From NCBI RefSeq assembly GCF_009914755.1, contig NC_060930.1: a stretch of DNA of 64,000 bases. One strand, written 5' to 3'. Below are positions 1 to 13,652 of this stretch, piece by piece. Each line of letters opens with the position of its first letter. Position 1 is the stretch's first letter. Below the pieces are notes generated by a model, which made no database searches, was not told the origin of the DNA, and saw only the letters and a program-made list of their open reading frames with translations. The stretch comes from the human T2T-CHM13v2.0 reference genome, Homo sapiens. The position numbers and the translations under genes are program-made.

Positions 1-1853
1 TTAATGAACCTCCAAATAAGTAACAAATTACTGGATTTTCTTTTTTTCATAGTTTATTAAAGATTTCTTCTTTAGTTCTTTTCAGACCTATTTATTTCAA
101 ATCTATTGTAGAGTCATCCAAAATTTAAGACATTTAGATTAATTTTAGGCATTACAGAATGCAGCTAATGTTTCTATGGTTTCATATTTCTACGTCTCTT
201 GAATGTACCCTTAAATATTGGTAATATCGTATCCTGTCAACACTCCTTTCCCCCCCCCTCTGATATTGAGCCTGTATTTAATATCTATTAACCTAAAAAT
301 ATTCAAATGCAAGTCATGTGATTGGGAATGCCTTTCTGCTGTTAGTATTTCTAATACATTTTTTCAATTTTCATTTATTCAAAGTAACTAGATTGAAAAT
401 CCAATTACTTTTATGTTTAATATTCAGCTTTGCTCTGAATTCTGAGCCAACACTGTTTAATGGTACGTTGCTGCCCTCTAGCTTATGTTTGAAAAGTTTT
501 CTATAATGTAACAATTTATCCAGTAGTCTCTTGGATATGCCCAATACATTGATATTCATTTGTATTTAATGAATCCTATATTAGCAGTTTTATAAACATT
601 AAATTTTTATAGTTATTAATTAAAGTGTTATTTTTCTTTCCAGGTAAAACTGATCTTATTAATCTTAGGAAACATCTTGAAGAGACAAGAAAACCTTTGT
701 TATGTCATTGTGTAGCAGGTTCTCAGCCAATTTCTTTTTCCCTTAATTTACACATTTCGCCTCCATATAGGTTGGCTATTTTCAAAAATCAGTGTGTTTT
801 CTTATCTTTTATTTCTTAAGCAGCCAGAGAGAAGTATCAACTCTTTTATGCTCTCAATGAATGCTGAGTTCTTGTCAAAGAATATTTCTAAAAATGAAAC
901 AAAATAAATTGATTGGCACTATTTCAAATTCTAAGGATGGTCAGAAATTTCAGCCAGGTGTTTTTTGTGTTCAAACAAATTAAGAAACTACTTAAGGCTT
1001 GAATTACTGTTATCTGACCAAAGTTCTGAAATAATGTTATGGCATCATACTTCTTTGTCATAAGACCTTCTGGCCTGGATAGAGTTATCAAGCATGTATC
1101 TACTACCTACTTCTGTTCATTTTAATGCCTAGAAGCCTTAAAACTAAAATGTAATATTCAGCATAATTTTCAGTATTGTACTTAGCTGAGACTGTAGTGA
1201 AGGGCATTCTGGTGTAGCACAGAGACCATGAGACTGAAAGTAGAAACCTGGATTTGATTCCTAGTTCGTTCAACACAACAACTTTTTAGGGTCTTAAATC
1301 TCTTGTTTTTAAAAATAATAAGTCTACCTTTCTCATAAAATTGTAGACAGCATGAAATAAGGAAATGAATGAGAAAGTGCCCACACGATGTATGTTATGT
1401 ACTAAGAGCTTAATAAACCTTTGTTTAATCCGTATCTAGTATAAACATTCAATTGTTCCTAGTCTTCTGATTAAGAGTAATTCTCTGCCTTTCTTTCTTC
1501 TTCTCTTTTATCAAAGTTTTCTTGCTCTTCGCGTGTCTTTTTATATACTGTTTTTCAGTCAGGCTTCTTTTTAAAAATTCTAGCTACTTTAAGAAAAAAA
1601 GAAATTTATTTAAAAAATATTAGATATTTAATAGAATCTCGGAGGGCCAGAAAATCAGGTTCAGAAGAACAGGCTTGACTGTTCCAGAGACCCGACAGCC
1701 ACTGGCACTGGCAATAGCACCACCAATGCCCCCCCACAATGCCACCCCAGGATGGCACCCATGGATGCCTGTCGCTGCTGCCTCCCTCAAGCTCAGCAGA
1801 GTGGAGTCCATGTTTTATGACTGCATCTGATTGGCAGAGTCCTTGTACCATGG

Positions 1854-3373
1854 TGTGTCCGGAATTGGTGGGTTCTTGGTCTCACTGACTTCAAGAATGA
1901 AGCCCCGGACCCTCGCGGTGAGTGTTAACAGTTCTTAAAGGCGGCGTGTCCGGAGTTGGTTCCTTCTGATGTTCGGAGTTTCTTTCTTCTGGTGGGTTCG
2001 TGGTCTCACGAGTGAAGCTGCGGACCTTCGCGGTGAGTGTTACAGCTCTTAAGGTGGCACGTCTGGAGATGTTCGTTCCTCCCAGTGGGTTCGTGGTCTC
2101 GTTGGCTTCAGAAGTGAAGCTGCAGACCTTCGCGGTGAGTGTTACAGCTCATAAAGGCAGTGTGGACCCAAAGAGTGAGGGCAGCAAGATTTATTGCAAA
2201 GAGCGAAGGAACAAACCTTCCACGGTGTGGAGGGGGACCCCAGCGGGTTGCCAGTGCTGCCTCAGGCAACCTGCTTTTATTCTCTTATCTGGCCCCACCC
2301 ACATCTTAATGATTGGTAGAGCACAGTGGTCTGTTTTGACAGGGCGCTGACTGGTGCGTTTATAATCCCTGAGCTAGACACAAAGGTTCTCCACCTCCCC
2401 ACCAGATTAGCTAGATACAGAGTGCCAATTGGTGCATTCACAAACCCTGAGCGAGACACAGGGTGCTGATTGGTGTGTTTACAAACCTTGAGCTAGATAC
2501 AGAGTGCCAATTGGTGTATTTACAATCCCTGAGCTAGACACAAAGGTTCTCCACCTCCCTACCAGATTAGCTAGATACAGAGTGTCCACACAAAGGTTCT
2601 CCAAGTCCCCACCAGAGTAACTAGATCCAGAGTGTCGATTGGTGTATTCACAAACCCTGAGCTAGACACAGGGTGCTGATTGCTGTGTTTACAAACCTTG
2701 AGCTAGATACAAAGTGCCGATTCGTGTATTTACAATCCCTTAGCTAGATATAAAGGTTCTCCACGTCCCCACCAGACTCAGGAGCCCAGCTGGTTTCACC
2801 CAGCGGATCCCGCACCAGGGGCTGCAGGTGGAGCTGCCTGCCAGTCCTGCGCCACCAGCGGGCACTCCTCAGCCCTTGGGTGGTCCATGGGACTGGGCGC
2901 CTTGGAGCAGGGGGCCGCCCTCGTCTGGGAGGCTGGGGCCGCACAGGAGCCCACGGAGTAGGGGGAGGCTCGGGCATGGTGGGCTGCAGATCCGGAGCCC
3001 TGCCCCGAGGCAAGGCAGCTAAGGCCAGGCAAGAAATTGAGCACAGCAACTGCTGGCCCAGGTGCTAAGCCCCTCACTACCCCGGCCGATCGGTCGCTCC
3101 GAGTGCAGGGTCCTCCGAGCCCACTCCCACCCAGAACTCGCGCTGGCCCTCAAGCACCGCGCGCAGCCCGGGTTCCCGCCCGCGCCTCTCCCTCCACACC
3201 TCCGAGCAAGCTGAGGGAGCCGGCTCCGGCCTTGGCCAGCCCGGAAAGGGACTCCCACAGTGCAGCGGCGGGCTGAAGGGCTCCTCAAGTGCCGCCAAAG
3301 TGGGAGCCCAGGCAGAGGAGGCGCCGAGAGCAAGCGAGGGCTGTGAGGACTGCCAGCACGCTGTCACCTCTCA
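1854..3373 (-). mobile_element. Solo LTR12 (ERV9 LTR, LTR12C-like)
   Basis: Termini TGAGAGGTGACAGCGTGCTGG...AATTCCGGACACA, tandem CCAAT/GATA enhancer repeats, 4-bp TSD ATGG (1850-1853 and 3374-3377). The flanks look like an interrupted old MLT1-type LTR. Confidence 0.95.
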
Positions 3374-5683
3374 ATGGCAGCAAGAGAAATTGGGAAGGTG
3401 AGGTTCTGACTTCTACTTTCTGAGACAAGAGCCCAAAGAAGAGGGATTCCACAAATCTAAGAGAGCTATTGAAAGGTTCCACATGGCTAAAAAGCATGAC
3501 AACTTCACCTTGCTCTTTTTTGTTTTTGTTTTTATTGTTGTTGTTCTTTTGATCCCCATCAAGCTAATCAAATGGTGTTTACTCAGGAGTTTCTAGAAGC
3601 AGAAAACCTGAAGAAGTTCTAATGGCAGAAATTGCAGGATCAATAAAAAAACACAAACTGTTGGACTTCTCCACTGCCTCTATTCCTCCCTCTCTCTGGG
3701 TAGGTGAATTTGTGTGTTTTATACTGGACAAGCATAGTATTGTACTATGCTAATAACATATGCATTGATTGATTAAACATTAATTGAATTCCAGAACATA
3801 TGCAAGGAACAAGAAGTATTAATGCAAATGTAAGTAAGATCTGTACCTTTTATTCTGAGAATTCACATCCTAATTAGCAATTAGGAAGTATCATGTAAAC
3901 CCCTAATTATAGGCAGCATGAGAAGAGCTTTAACAGGGAAGGCACTGTGCACATAGGTAATGTTTAAAGACACAAATTCTTACCCCTGTCATAGAAAACC
4001 CAAGGTTAAAGGTATTGTCCAGTCATACCTATATCATAAACATATTGGTGAGTGTATTTTGTCAAACAGGTGACTGGAGATATGTCAATAGACTGTTCTG
4101 TTTTACTGATAAGCTCAGACTTCACTGTATGCTTTCAATTTTTATTCAGATTAAAGTTTTTTGATCTTTCATTGCCTTCAAATAATCATTTCAAGCGTTG
4201 TTGTTATTCACACACTGTAAAATGAAATTTTAGATTATAGAATGTCCTTGAAAATAGAAACTTGTTACTACAATACTAATGTTTTAATTTCTAGTCTTAA
4301 AATATTATCGCTTTTAATTTACATTTCTTATGTATACTCATTTAATTACCAACTTTAAATTCAGTAATCACATTTTTCCCCTAAGCTTTGATTAGAACAA
4401 TTATAGTAAATGAAAATAAGAAAGCAATTTTTGTAAAGCTATTTATAAGGCACCCTTTTCGAGCCATAAAGAAGCTTTCCAAATAGCTTTTTTCAGCATT
4501 AGGTCTACAAAAAAAATTATTTATGTTCTGCTTAAGATACACAGATCCAAAACTCTTTCATTGTCTGCTCATCTTTGTTTTGGTCTCCCCTAGTATGATG
4601 GCTCCCAGCTGAAGGCTTAGCACACAAATGGTGCTCAATAAGTGCTGCTGAATGAATGTCTGACCCTCTTAACCCAGACCAAGAAGGTAGAAGCATCAGC
4701 AGAAAGTCCCTTCAACAATAGAAAGCCTATGAACAGATGAAAGAAATAGAAAAATAGATAACTGATTTTTACATGTACCTACCCCAATTTGTCTTTGGCC
4801 CTGAACTCTGCTGGCCAATGCCTCTTTTTGGGTTGCCTTAAAGAACAAGAATATACATCAGCACACACCTAACTGAAATCTTGGTGGAAACTGCCACAAC
4901 CAACTTACGTTATCAACTGATTTGTAATCTATGGCTGAATATTTTCTTTGACTCACGACTGTACACTTAATACTGAAGATAATATTCCTAGTTATATAAT
5001 TCCTTCACATGGCATCCTGAGTACTGTGTTTTTAAGTTATGCTAATAATGCGAAAGGGGAAAAAACGGCTTCAAACACTGTGATTATCAGACTTTTTACA
5101 GCATCTTTACTCATTATGGTAAAATGAAGTCAATGCATTAGACATGTTTCATTAAGGCCCGTGGACTATAAAGGGATATGCCACTTTATAGGGATGGGTT
5201 AGAGCCAATCCCATTTTTTGGATGTGTGGATCCCTTTGATTAACTCAGATTATCCTCTCTAGAAGTGGGAATATTGAGGAAGTCGTCTTTCACTGGTTCT
5301 TATACCTTTGTTCTTTCATCCCCAAATCCCTCAAATTCCCCACTCATATGCACACACTCACACACAAACACACATACAACACACACATGGAAAAGAGAAA
5401 ATAAATTTCATTGCAACTAACAAAGAATCAAAATCATTGTGGCTTAAAGAAGATAGAAGTTTGGTTCTCTCTCAGGTAAACATCTGGATGTAGGCAAGTC
5501 AAACTGCTCTACAAAGCAGAGATTCCACCTTATTACTGTACCCTGTGGAGCAAACCTCCCTTCCCAAGGACATAATCCTAGCCACATTATCTGTAGGCCA
5601 CTCAGCAGGAAGGGTGAAGGCAGCAAGAGAAAGAAAGGGCAGAGCACACAGCATCCGTCATTTAAAAAAATGTTCTAAAGTGT

Positions 5684-5990
5684 GGTAGGGCATGGTGGCT
5701 CATGCCTGTAATCCTAGCACTTTGGGAGGCCAAGGCAGGCTGATCACCTGAGTTCAGGAGTTCAAGACCAGACTGGCCAATATGGTGAAACCCCATCTCT
5801 ACTAAAAGGCCAGGCATGGTAGCAGGCACCTGGGATCCCAGCTACTTGGGAGGCTGAGGCAGGAGAATTACTTGAACCCAGGGGGCAGAGGTTGCAGTGA
5901 GCCAAGACCCCCCCACATTGCACTTCAGCCTGGGTGACAAAGCGAGACTCCATCTCGGAAAAAAAAAAAAAATACAAGAAAAGAAAAGAA
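5684..5990 (+). mobile_element. Alu (AluS-like, shortened middle linker)
   Basis: Alu dimer, A tail, TSD AAAATGT(T/C)CTAAAG. Confidence 0.92.
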
Positions 5991-6076
5991 AATGTCCTAA
6001 AGAACTTATATGCAACACTTCTACTTTCACCTCTTTGCACTGAACCTAATAACATGACCACATCCAACCTTAATGA

Positions 6077-6661
<585 letters not shown>

Positions 6662-7596
6662 TAATTAGTGAAGGATAGACTGACTTTCACTATTTAAGCT
6701 ACTGAGTAATATGAATTTTAATAAGAGGATCTGAGCCAAATTCTAATCCTCTGCTTGTGCAATTGCTATCTAAATTGAGACTACAGTCAGTTTTAATTGA
6801 ACATAAAATCTGCTGTTTGATCCTAAGCAGTAGAATAATGTTTCATTTGCTAGTAAGTGGATTTTGGACTTCTTCCCAAAAGCAGCTAAACTTTTGTGAT
6901 AGTTACAATATTATCTCATTCAAACAAAGGCCTGGAACAGGTAATATTCTCTGGGGAGGTACCAACCTCTGTGAGCAGCAGATTCAGTAATTTGAATAAC
7001 AAACTTAAACTCCAAACATAGCCCTGGCTAGCCAGGCAGTTGTTCTCACACTCCACAGAGCACTAGAGGTTTCAGAGGAACATCTAGTTTCAAAGAATGA
7101 AGCAGAGTAGACAGAGCCCACCTACCCTCACACACAAACATCTTTCTATCTATACTTTGTGTATTGAACTTCTATATGAGGCATTGTTAAAAGAAAGGCT
7201 TTAACTACTTTTAAAATCTGACCTCGTTGTTCTCAGCTCCAATTCTATTCCTTAGGGATTTGTTTCTTGAGGACATTATAACCTTGAAGTTCATAAGCTT
7301 TTCAGGAGCTAGTGGAGAAGGGTGAAAAGAGAAGAGACTTAGGGGAAAACTGCCTACCTGTCATTATATTTTGGCAAAAGTTTATTTAACTTGTTTAGAA
7401 AGACCATAATGGTGCATACAACCTGGATTCACAATATTATTTGATTAGCGAGACTATATTAGTATATTTGTCTCCCTGGAAATCATAACCTATGTGTACC
7501 ATTAAAATTTTTTCTCCTTTTCTTTTTTTTCTTTTTTAGTCATTTAAATTTTGCTTTCTAATGCTTAAGTCTTTTTTTTCTTAATGTGCGAATATA

Positions 7597-7602
7597 TTTA
7601 TT
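7597..7602 (-). terminator. Proximal polyadenylation signal AATAAA of LGSN
   Basis: AATAAA about 300 nt after the stop codon. Further candidates lie at 4141-4146 and 3849-3854. Confidence 0.55.
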
Positions 7603-7901
7603 GCCACCCAAAATTGGATATTCTTATCCAGGTCAACATACACATAGGAAATGACTGACAAGATCTGGTAAGTTTGCATATTATAGCTTCACCACAACTT
7701 TGTTGTTTGTTTCTGTTATCAGAATCTTCTCAGCAGTCCTACTTCATCTGTCAAATATTCCATGGACAAAAAAAAAAGTCAAAAGCATTCGTAATCTTGT
7801 TATTGTTGCTGTTGTTAATTACAAAAGTTCAGTCTTTTTGTTTTGGTAGATTAGCTTTAAGTAACAATTACATGTCTAAAGGAGTAGTTGTGAGCTCTAT
7901 T

Positions 7902-9101
7902 CTAAATAAAATACTCTAAGAATTTATTTCTCTCTGCAGCTATTTCTTCATTCTCCAACTCATATTTCTTCATGGCAACAAAATATCGAATAAAGGTTTC
8001 TCCTAGAGCCTGTCTCAGGCATTGATCTTCTTCCAGTGCCACAAGGGCATCTTCTAGTTTTAAAGGGATCTCAGAAGGTTCCACTTGGTAAAAGTCTGTG
8101 CTCTCATCTGGACCAGCCAAGACCTCATTACTGCTATGAAGTCCATCTAAGCCGGCAGCAACAGTTGCAGCCAGCACCAAGTAAGGGTTTGCTGTTGCTG
8201 AGCCTAGTTTATTTTCTATCCGGGTGCCTTTCTCTCCATGACATTTGATATTAAATATACAGCTGTTGTCATTGTATCCCCATGTTGTAGGCACACTCTT
8301 CTTCAGGTCTTTCCTGTCCTTGGAATAACGCTTTCGGCAGCTAACAGAAGGCGCCATCAGGCAGCTGAGCGCAGCAGAGTGCTTCAAGAGTCCTGCCAAC
8401 CATTTTTTCCCAGTGATCGTGAGCTGCTCAGTTCCAGAAGTGCTGCAGAACATGTTTTTCTTCCTATCGACATCCCAGAGACTATGAGACAAAATCCCTG
8501 AATCACAAAATCCAGTCTCAATGAAGAAGCTGGCAATGTAATTATATTTCCTTGCCACTTCTTTGACACCTGTTCTGAGGGTAAATGCATTATCAGCTGA
8601 GCTAATGCCAAATTCAGGCAGGAAAGAGATTTCCATCTGACCAGGCCTGGTAGAGGAGGAAAAACTCTCGACATTGGCTCCAGTGTGATACAAGCCATCA
8701 ACAAGTTCCTGCATGAAGGGCTGATCATGGTTATTTAAAAATGTTAAAGCAGGAAAAGATATAATCTTTGAATTTAAAATTTCGGGCACACCAAAAATGC
8801 AAAAATCATAGATGAAAGCAGAAAGCAGGGAAAAGCCAGAGGCCTGCAGATGGCTCAGCTGCCTCTTTGCAATGTACCTTGGGGAAGTCAAAAGAGGCTC
8901 ACCAGTCACAGTGAAGGTATCACATATCACTCTTGCAGTTCTGTCAGCCCATGGCAAAACTCTAAAGGTTGATAACTCTGGCATTAGGACTATGTCGCTA
9001 TTAAAACATGTGGCTCTTATGTTATTCATTTCATTGTCCTTTGGATTTGGTATCACTTCAAGATAACCTCGGGGCATGCAAACACCATGGCTCACTTTCT
9101 C
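7902..9101 (-). CDS. LGSN: Lengsin coding exon 4 (GS catalytic-like domain to stop); spliced product 509 aa
   Basis: Acceptor CTTCTTTAG|GAG AAA GTG, then 1200 nt ending in TAG. GS I-like motifs [27 protein letters not shown] and ANPYLVLAA. Confidence 0.97.
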   Translation of the reverse strand, partial: EKVSHGVCMPRGYLEVIPNPKDNEMNNIRATCFNSDIVLMPELSTFRVLPWADRTARVICDTFTVTGEPLLTSPRYIAKRQLSHLQASGFSLLSAFIYDFCIFGVPEILNSKIISFPALTFLNNHDQPFMQELVDGLYHTGANVESFSSSTRPGQMEISFLPEFGISSADNAFTLRTGVKEVARKYNYIASFFIETGFCDSGILSHSLWDVDRKKNMFCSTSGTEQLTITGKKWLAGLLKHSAALSCLMAPSVSCRKRYSKDRKDLKKSVPTTWGYNDNSCIFNIKCHGEKGTRIENKLGSATANPYLVLAATVAAGLDGLHSSNEVLAGPDESTDFYQVEPSEIPLKLEDALVALEEDQCLRQALGETFIRYFVAMKKYELENEEIAAERNKFLEYFI

Positions 9102-9182
9102 CTAAAGAAGGAAAAAAATGAAGAAATTAGGTTTTGAAAACAAACAAAAGGGTCGGGGGGCGGCGGGAAAGCCTTGCTAATG

Positions 9183-9186
<4 letters not shown>

Positions 9187-9233
<47 letters not shown>

Positions 9234-9248
9234 AATATATATATATAT
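9187..9248. repeat. (TA)n microsatellite in intron 3
   Basis: Seen directly. Confidence 0.95.
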
Positions 9249-10274
9249 GTTTAACACTTGTTGGTTAACACTAACTTGATATCAGATAAATGTTAAACAT
9301 TTTAAAATAAAACCCCCAAAGGCAACTTTATAAACAATGCATTGTTTTAAGCCTTGAAGGCCTTATATGCTCTTAGATCTGAAAATAGCAGTTATAAATG
9401 AAAGGTATAATGATAAAGAAAATCCGTTACAGCAAAAAACAAAGGAAAAGCCTTATGGAATTATTTGAAATTATCATCATCAAAAGTGCTTCCTGAAGTA
9501 CAGTTGTTAATTCTTCAGATAAGGCTTTCTTTTTGCTTATTTTATTGTAATCCTGAGTTAACTGACCCTCAAAAGTCTACAGTAAACAATTCTCAATCCT
9601 TCTCAAATTGCAGACTATGGTCAGTACTGTGGCACACAGCACATTTGTCCTAACACCAGGGGAGCCAGGACGCTGACAGCTGCATTCCTCTCTTTATTCA
9701 CTTTTACAACCCATTTAAGAATTAAAAACCTCACTGTCTCAGAGTCCCAGAACCCTTGTCCATGAATGTGGACCTATAACTCCAAAGTTATAGCTTCCAA
9801 AATGTTGTAGCCTTCAAGTCAGCATGAACTGGGTGTCAACAGATCTGCCTTCTCATCCTAGCTCTTTCGTTAATTGCTTTGGTGAATTTCGGCAAGTCAT
9901 TGGATTATGTGCCCTCAGCTTCCACATCAGTAAAACAAGTGTTAGACTAGATGACTGCTAAGGTACTTTCTAGCCATCTATCTCTAGGGTTCAGTGAATT
10001 TGGTCATTTATTTAACTTTTGCTCTGTGCCAGGCAACAGGGAAGTGATAAGGTTATTAAGTTGAACAGACACATAAAACAATTTCTGGAAATTATGTATT
10101 AGAAATATCAACAAGGTTGAAGGTTACATTAATAGATGGAGAAAAATCACTGAGTATAAAAGGTTGGTTCCCATGAAGTCAGTGAAGATCATGAGGTTAA
10201 TAAAACACTCTAACAATCTGCAAGCCAGACACTTTCCTTTTCTTTCTTTCTCTTTCTTTCTCTTTTTTTCCCCT

Positions 10275-10420
10275 TATAAACAACAGAAACTCATTCCTCT
10301 TTAGTTCTGGAGACTGAGAAGTGCGAGATAAAGGCAACAGCAGATTTGGTGTCTGGTGAGGGCTGCTTTCTGCTTCGTATATGGCTTCTTCTTGTGTATC
10401 CTTACATGGTGGAAGGAAGC
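10275..10420 (-). mobile_element. MaLR (MLT1A/MST) LTR fragment
   Basis: AAACAACAGAAA...AGTTCTGGAG...GCAGATTTGGTGTCTGGTGAGGGC. Confidence 0.6.
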
Positions 10421-11594
10421 CAGACTATTTCTTATGCTACCTCCAGACCCCAAGAAGCATGGCTATCAAAGAGGGGCTGGTATTAGCCAAAGTAATTTAC
10501 TGGTTCACTCTTCCGCATTTGCCCATGAACCACTGCCTCCACTTTCCACCATCTCTACACATATTTTTGAATGCTATTTGACTGAACTGATCCAACTCCA
10601 CTTTAACCAATAATAAAGTTGAGTGAGCCAAACACCATTTGGTGTCTGCCTAATTTTCCAGCTCACTCATGGACCTGTACATGTAAACTTTATACACACG
10701 CACACACACACACACGCTTACTGTGGGATATTAGAATATTATAGCATGGAATCCTTTAATTCATATTTTCACTATAAGCAATAATGTCATTTCCCTGCTT
10801 GTCAGTTTTTTAGTTTGAAATTCTGTATATTAGTTCTTTACATATCTAAAATGAGAAATAATATATTTTATTCATGAGACTTCTATGAATTCCTACAATT
10901 TAAATCTGTGTTTGTATTCACTTGGCTGTGAGTAGTAGAGAACAGCTGGTTGCCATTTCACTCCAATAGTCCTATATGAACTCAAACCATAGTAAAAAGT
11001 CACACTTTATTCTTTTGATTATTTAATTCATATTTTTTTGAACACTCTTTTCTGGCACTGTAATTTGCTTTATTCTTTTCTTGGACATAGAGAATGCAAA
11101 CTACTCTCTATTAGTTACGGGAAGTATATGAATATATGTTAATATATTCATGATAATATATTGTCTTAAGTAGTGTTTATAGATATAAAGCACTGGAACA
11201 ACTTCATCTTCAATATAGATCACTATGGACCCAATAAAATTTTTGCAGAATAACTTAAATCCTTATCACAAATGAAACTTGGACCATAGTAAAGGTCATC
11301 TTTTGAAATAAGCCAAGAATTAGTTATGAGTCCTGTAGCAATATATCATAATTTGGCTAGATCAGATACAGAAAAAGCCTACATTATTGCATATAATTTA
11401 AATAAAAATCTGCCCTTTTGATTGATAGAACAGAGATAATATAAGTTGGTTGTAAGACTTAAACCTTAAAACACCACACACACATGCAATGTTTAGGTTA
11501 CTTTGCACAAATGAATCTTTTTTTTTTTTTTTTGAGATGGAATAAGGTACACACACACACACACGATATTTAGGTTACTTTGCACAGATGAATC

Positions 11595-11898
<304 letters not shown>

Positions 11899-13485
11899 TC
11901 TTAAACCTATTTTTAATGTCTATTCACAGCAAATTTTCCAAAATAAATTATTTTCTCTTAAATTACAAATATTAATTGTGCTAATACTCATTATTTATAC
12001 CTTCACAAGTTTCAAAAATAAATTTAAAGTGGCTTCTTAAAAAAATATAGATACTCTATGATCATTAAATGAGAACAAAATAATAATAACTAGGTAATGA
12101 AATAGGGAAGTTAGTTATTAGGAAACTGGGACTAAGAATAAATATAGCCATTGAGAAGGTGTATAATGAGTTACATTAAAATTCTCATGATAAACTTTTT
12201 CTCTAGCTAAACTCAAGGAATAAAAGTGTTTTTTGTATGTGGGATATTGAACAAAATAATGAAAAATATTTTCAGTAGCAGTTGGATAAAAAAAAGTATG
12301 CAGAATTTTTCTCTTTATGTCAATTATATCAATCCTTAGCAAGTATAAGCAGCATACTGTTTTATTTTTGTAAAAGGATTCCACTGAGAAACTAGAGTAA
12401 TGTCCTATATATGGACTTTTAGGTGCCATTAGTAAAATAAATGATTAAAATTTGACAAAAACTGAACAGCAAACAGTTTTACATTGAGCTCTGGCAAGTA
12501 GTTAAAGTGCCAGTTACTTTTCCTTATGATTGAAAGAGACTCATTTGAATTACATTCTGGGCTTGTCCACAAGAAAATCCTCATTTTTTATAAAAATTAA
12601 ACAACATGTATTCTTGCCTGAATGACAAGGAAACAATATCTGCAAGCAGGTCCAAATAATTCCTTAAGAAACAAGTTTGAATCTGTTAGAATTATTTAAA
12701 AAGAGTTTTTGAAGATGTCCAGTTTTCCCCAACATGAAACAAATTTAAAAATTAGAATCTGATGTTAATGTGATAAAAGTGTAATATTTTTAAACAGTTA
12801 AACCTAGAGGATGCTTAACTTTCACACTTTCTTAAATAGTACCGACCTGATGTCCCTTGCTAAGAAATTTGATATTTAATTAACACAACAACTCAGTCAT
12901 CAAAATAAACACATGACAAAAACTGATACAAAAAATTAAGGAAGTCTCAAAACAACAAAAACACAATATTTCTTGATATCATCATTTTTGGGAATTTAAT
13001 AATATTCATTAAGTCATCCAACAACAATGGAATATTTTCTTATCAGAATTTGGAGCTGAAAGGAATACATTTTTTATCTAGCAAATATTTTCTATTTAAT
13101 CATTTTTTCCTTTTTATGTTTGCTTTTGGGTCTTCTGTTGCAATTTTCTCATGTCAAATAAAATATAATCTTCATAATTGCAGTAAGGGAGAAAAAATAA
13201 TTCTGTAGAGCAAAATTATTCAAGGCAGGACTAAAATTACCAGTCTCAATTAGTTTTGTATTTCTATTGGGTAAAGAAATTGCTGTTTGAGAGCTGAGAG
13301 TACATGTTTAGCTCCTTGGGGAGCAATAATGTGTTTGGGAGGAACAAGGGAAGAAACAAAATAAGTTATTGATTTTCAGCTTGAATTGCTGTATAAGATT
13401 ACAAGAAAATAAGAAAGAGTAATAAGAACTGTTTGCTTGCTAATGGTCATGAAATTACATTTAGTCACAACTGTGTAAAACTCAC

Positions 13486-13652
13486 TTGAAAAAAGTGTGC
13501 AGGGATAGTCTTAGACCTGGACACGCCGTGGAGGTCTGTTGCTTCAAATCGTACAAACTGGAGGCGATTTTTGGCCATGGCTTGTCTAATGTGTTTCATT
13601 CTAGAAGAGAGTTGAGGTGGGGTCAAAATTTGACTGCTGTCCCTCATGCAAT
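13486..13652 (-). CDS. LGSN: Lengsin coding exon 3 (GS N-terminal beta-grasp start, [16 protein letters not shown])
   Basis: Acceptor TTTTGCAG|AT, donor CAA|GTGAGT, 167 nt. Exons 1-3 sum to 330 nt. Carries a GS I N-terminal motif. Confidence 0.95.

Noticed and set aside
2340-2780. Tandem ~40-nt repeats resembling a CRISPR-like array
   Set aside because: They are LTR12 U3 enhancer repeats with no unique spacers, in a eukaryotic context with no cas genes.
2000-3497. Cluster of overlapping ORFs (and similar ones at 53508-55033 and 60664-60978)
   Set aside because: These are GC-rich LTR12 sequence; the same pseudo-peptides recur in each LTR copy.
7902-9101. Recent horizontal transfer or contamination of a bacterial glnA
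   Set aside because: The domain is part of a spliced four-exon vertebrate gene embedded in primate repeats. The GS I ancestry of lengsin is ancient and known.
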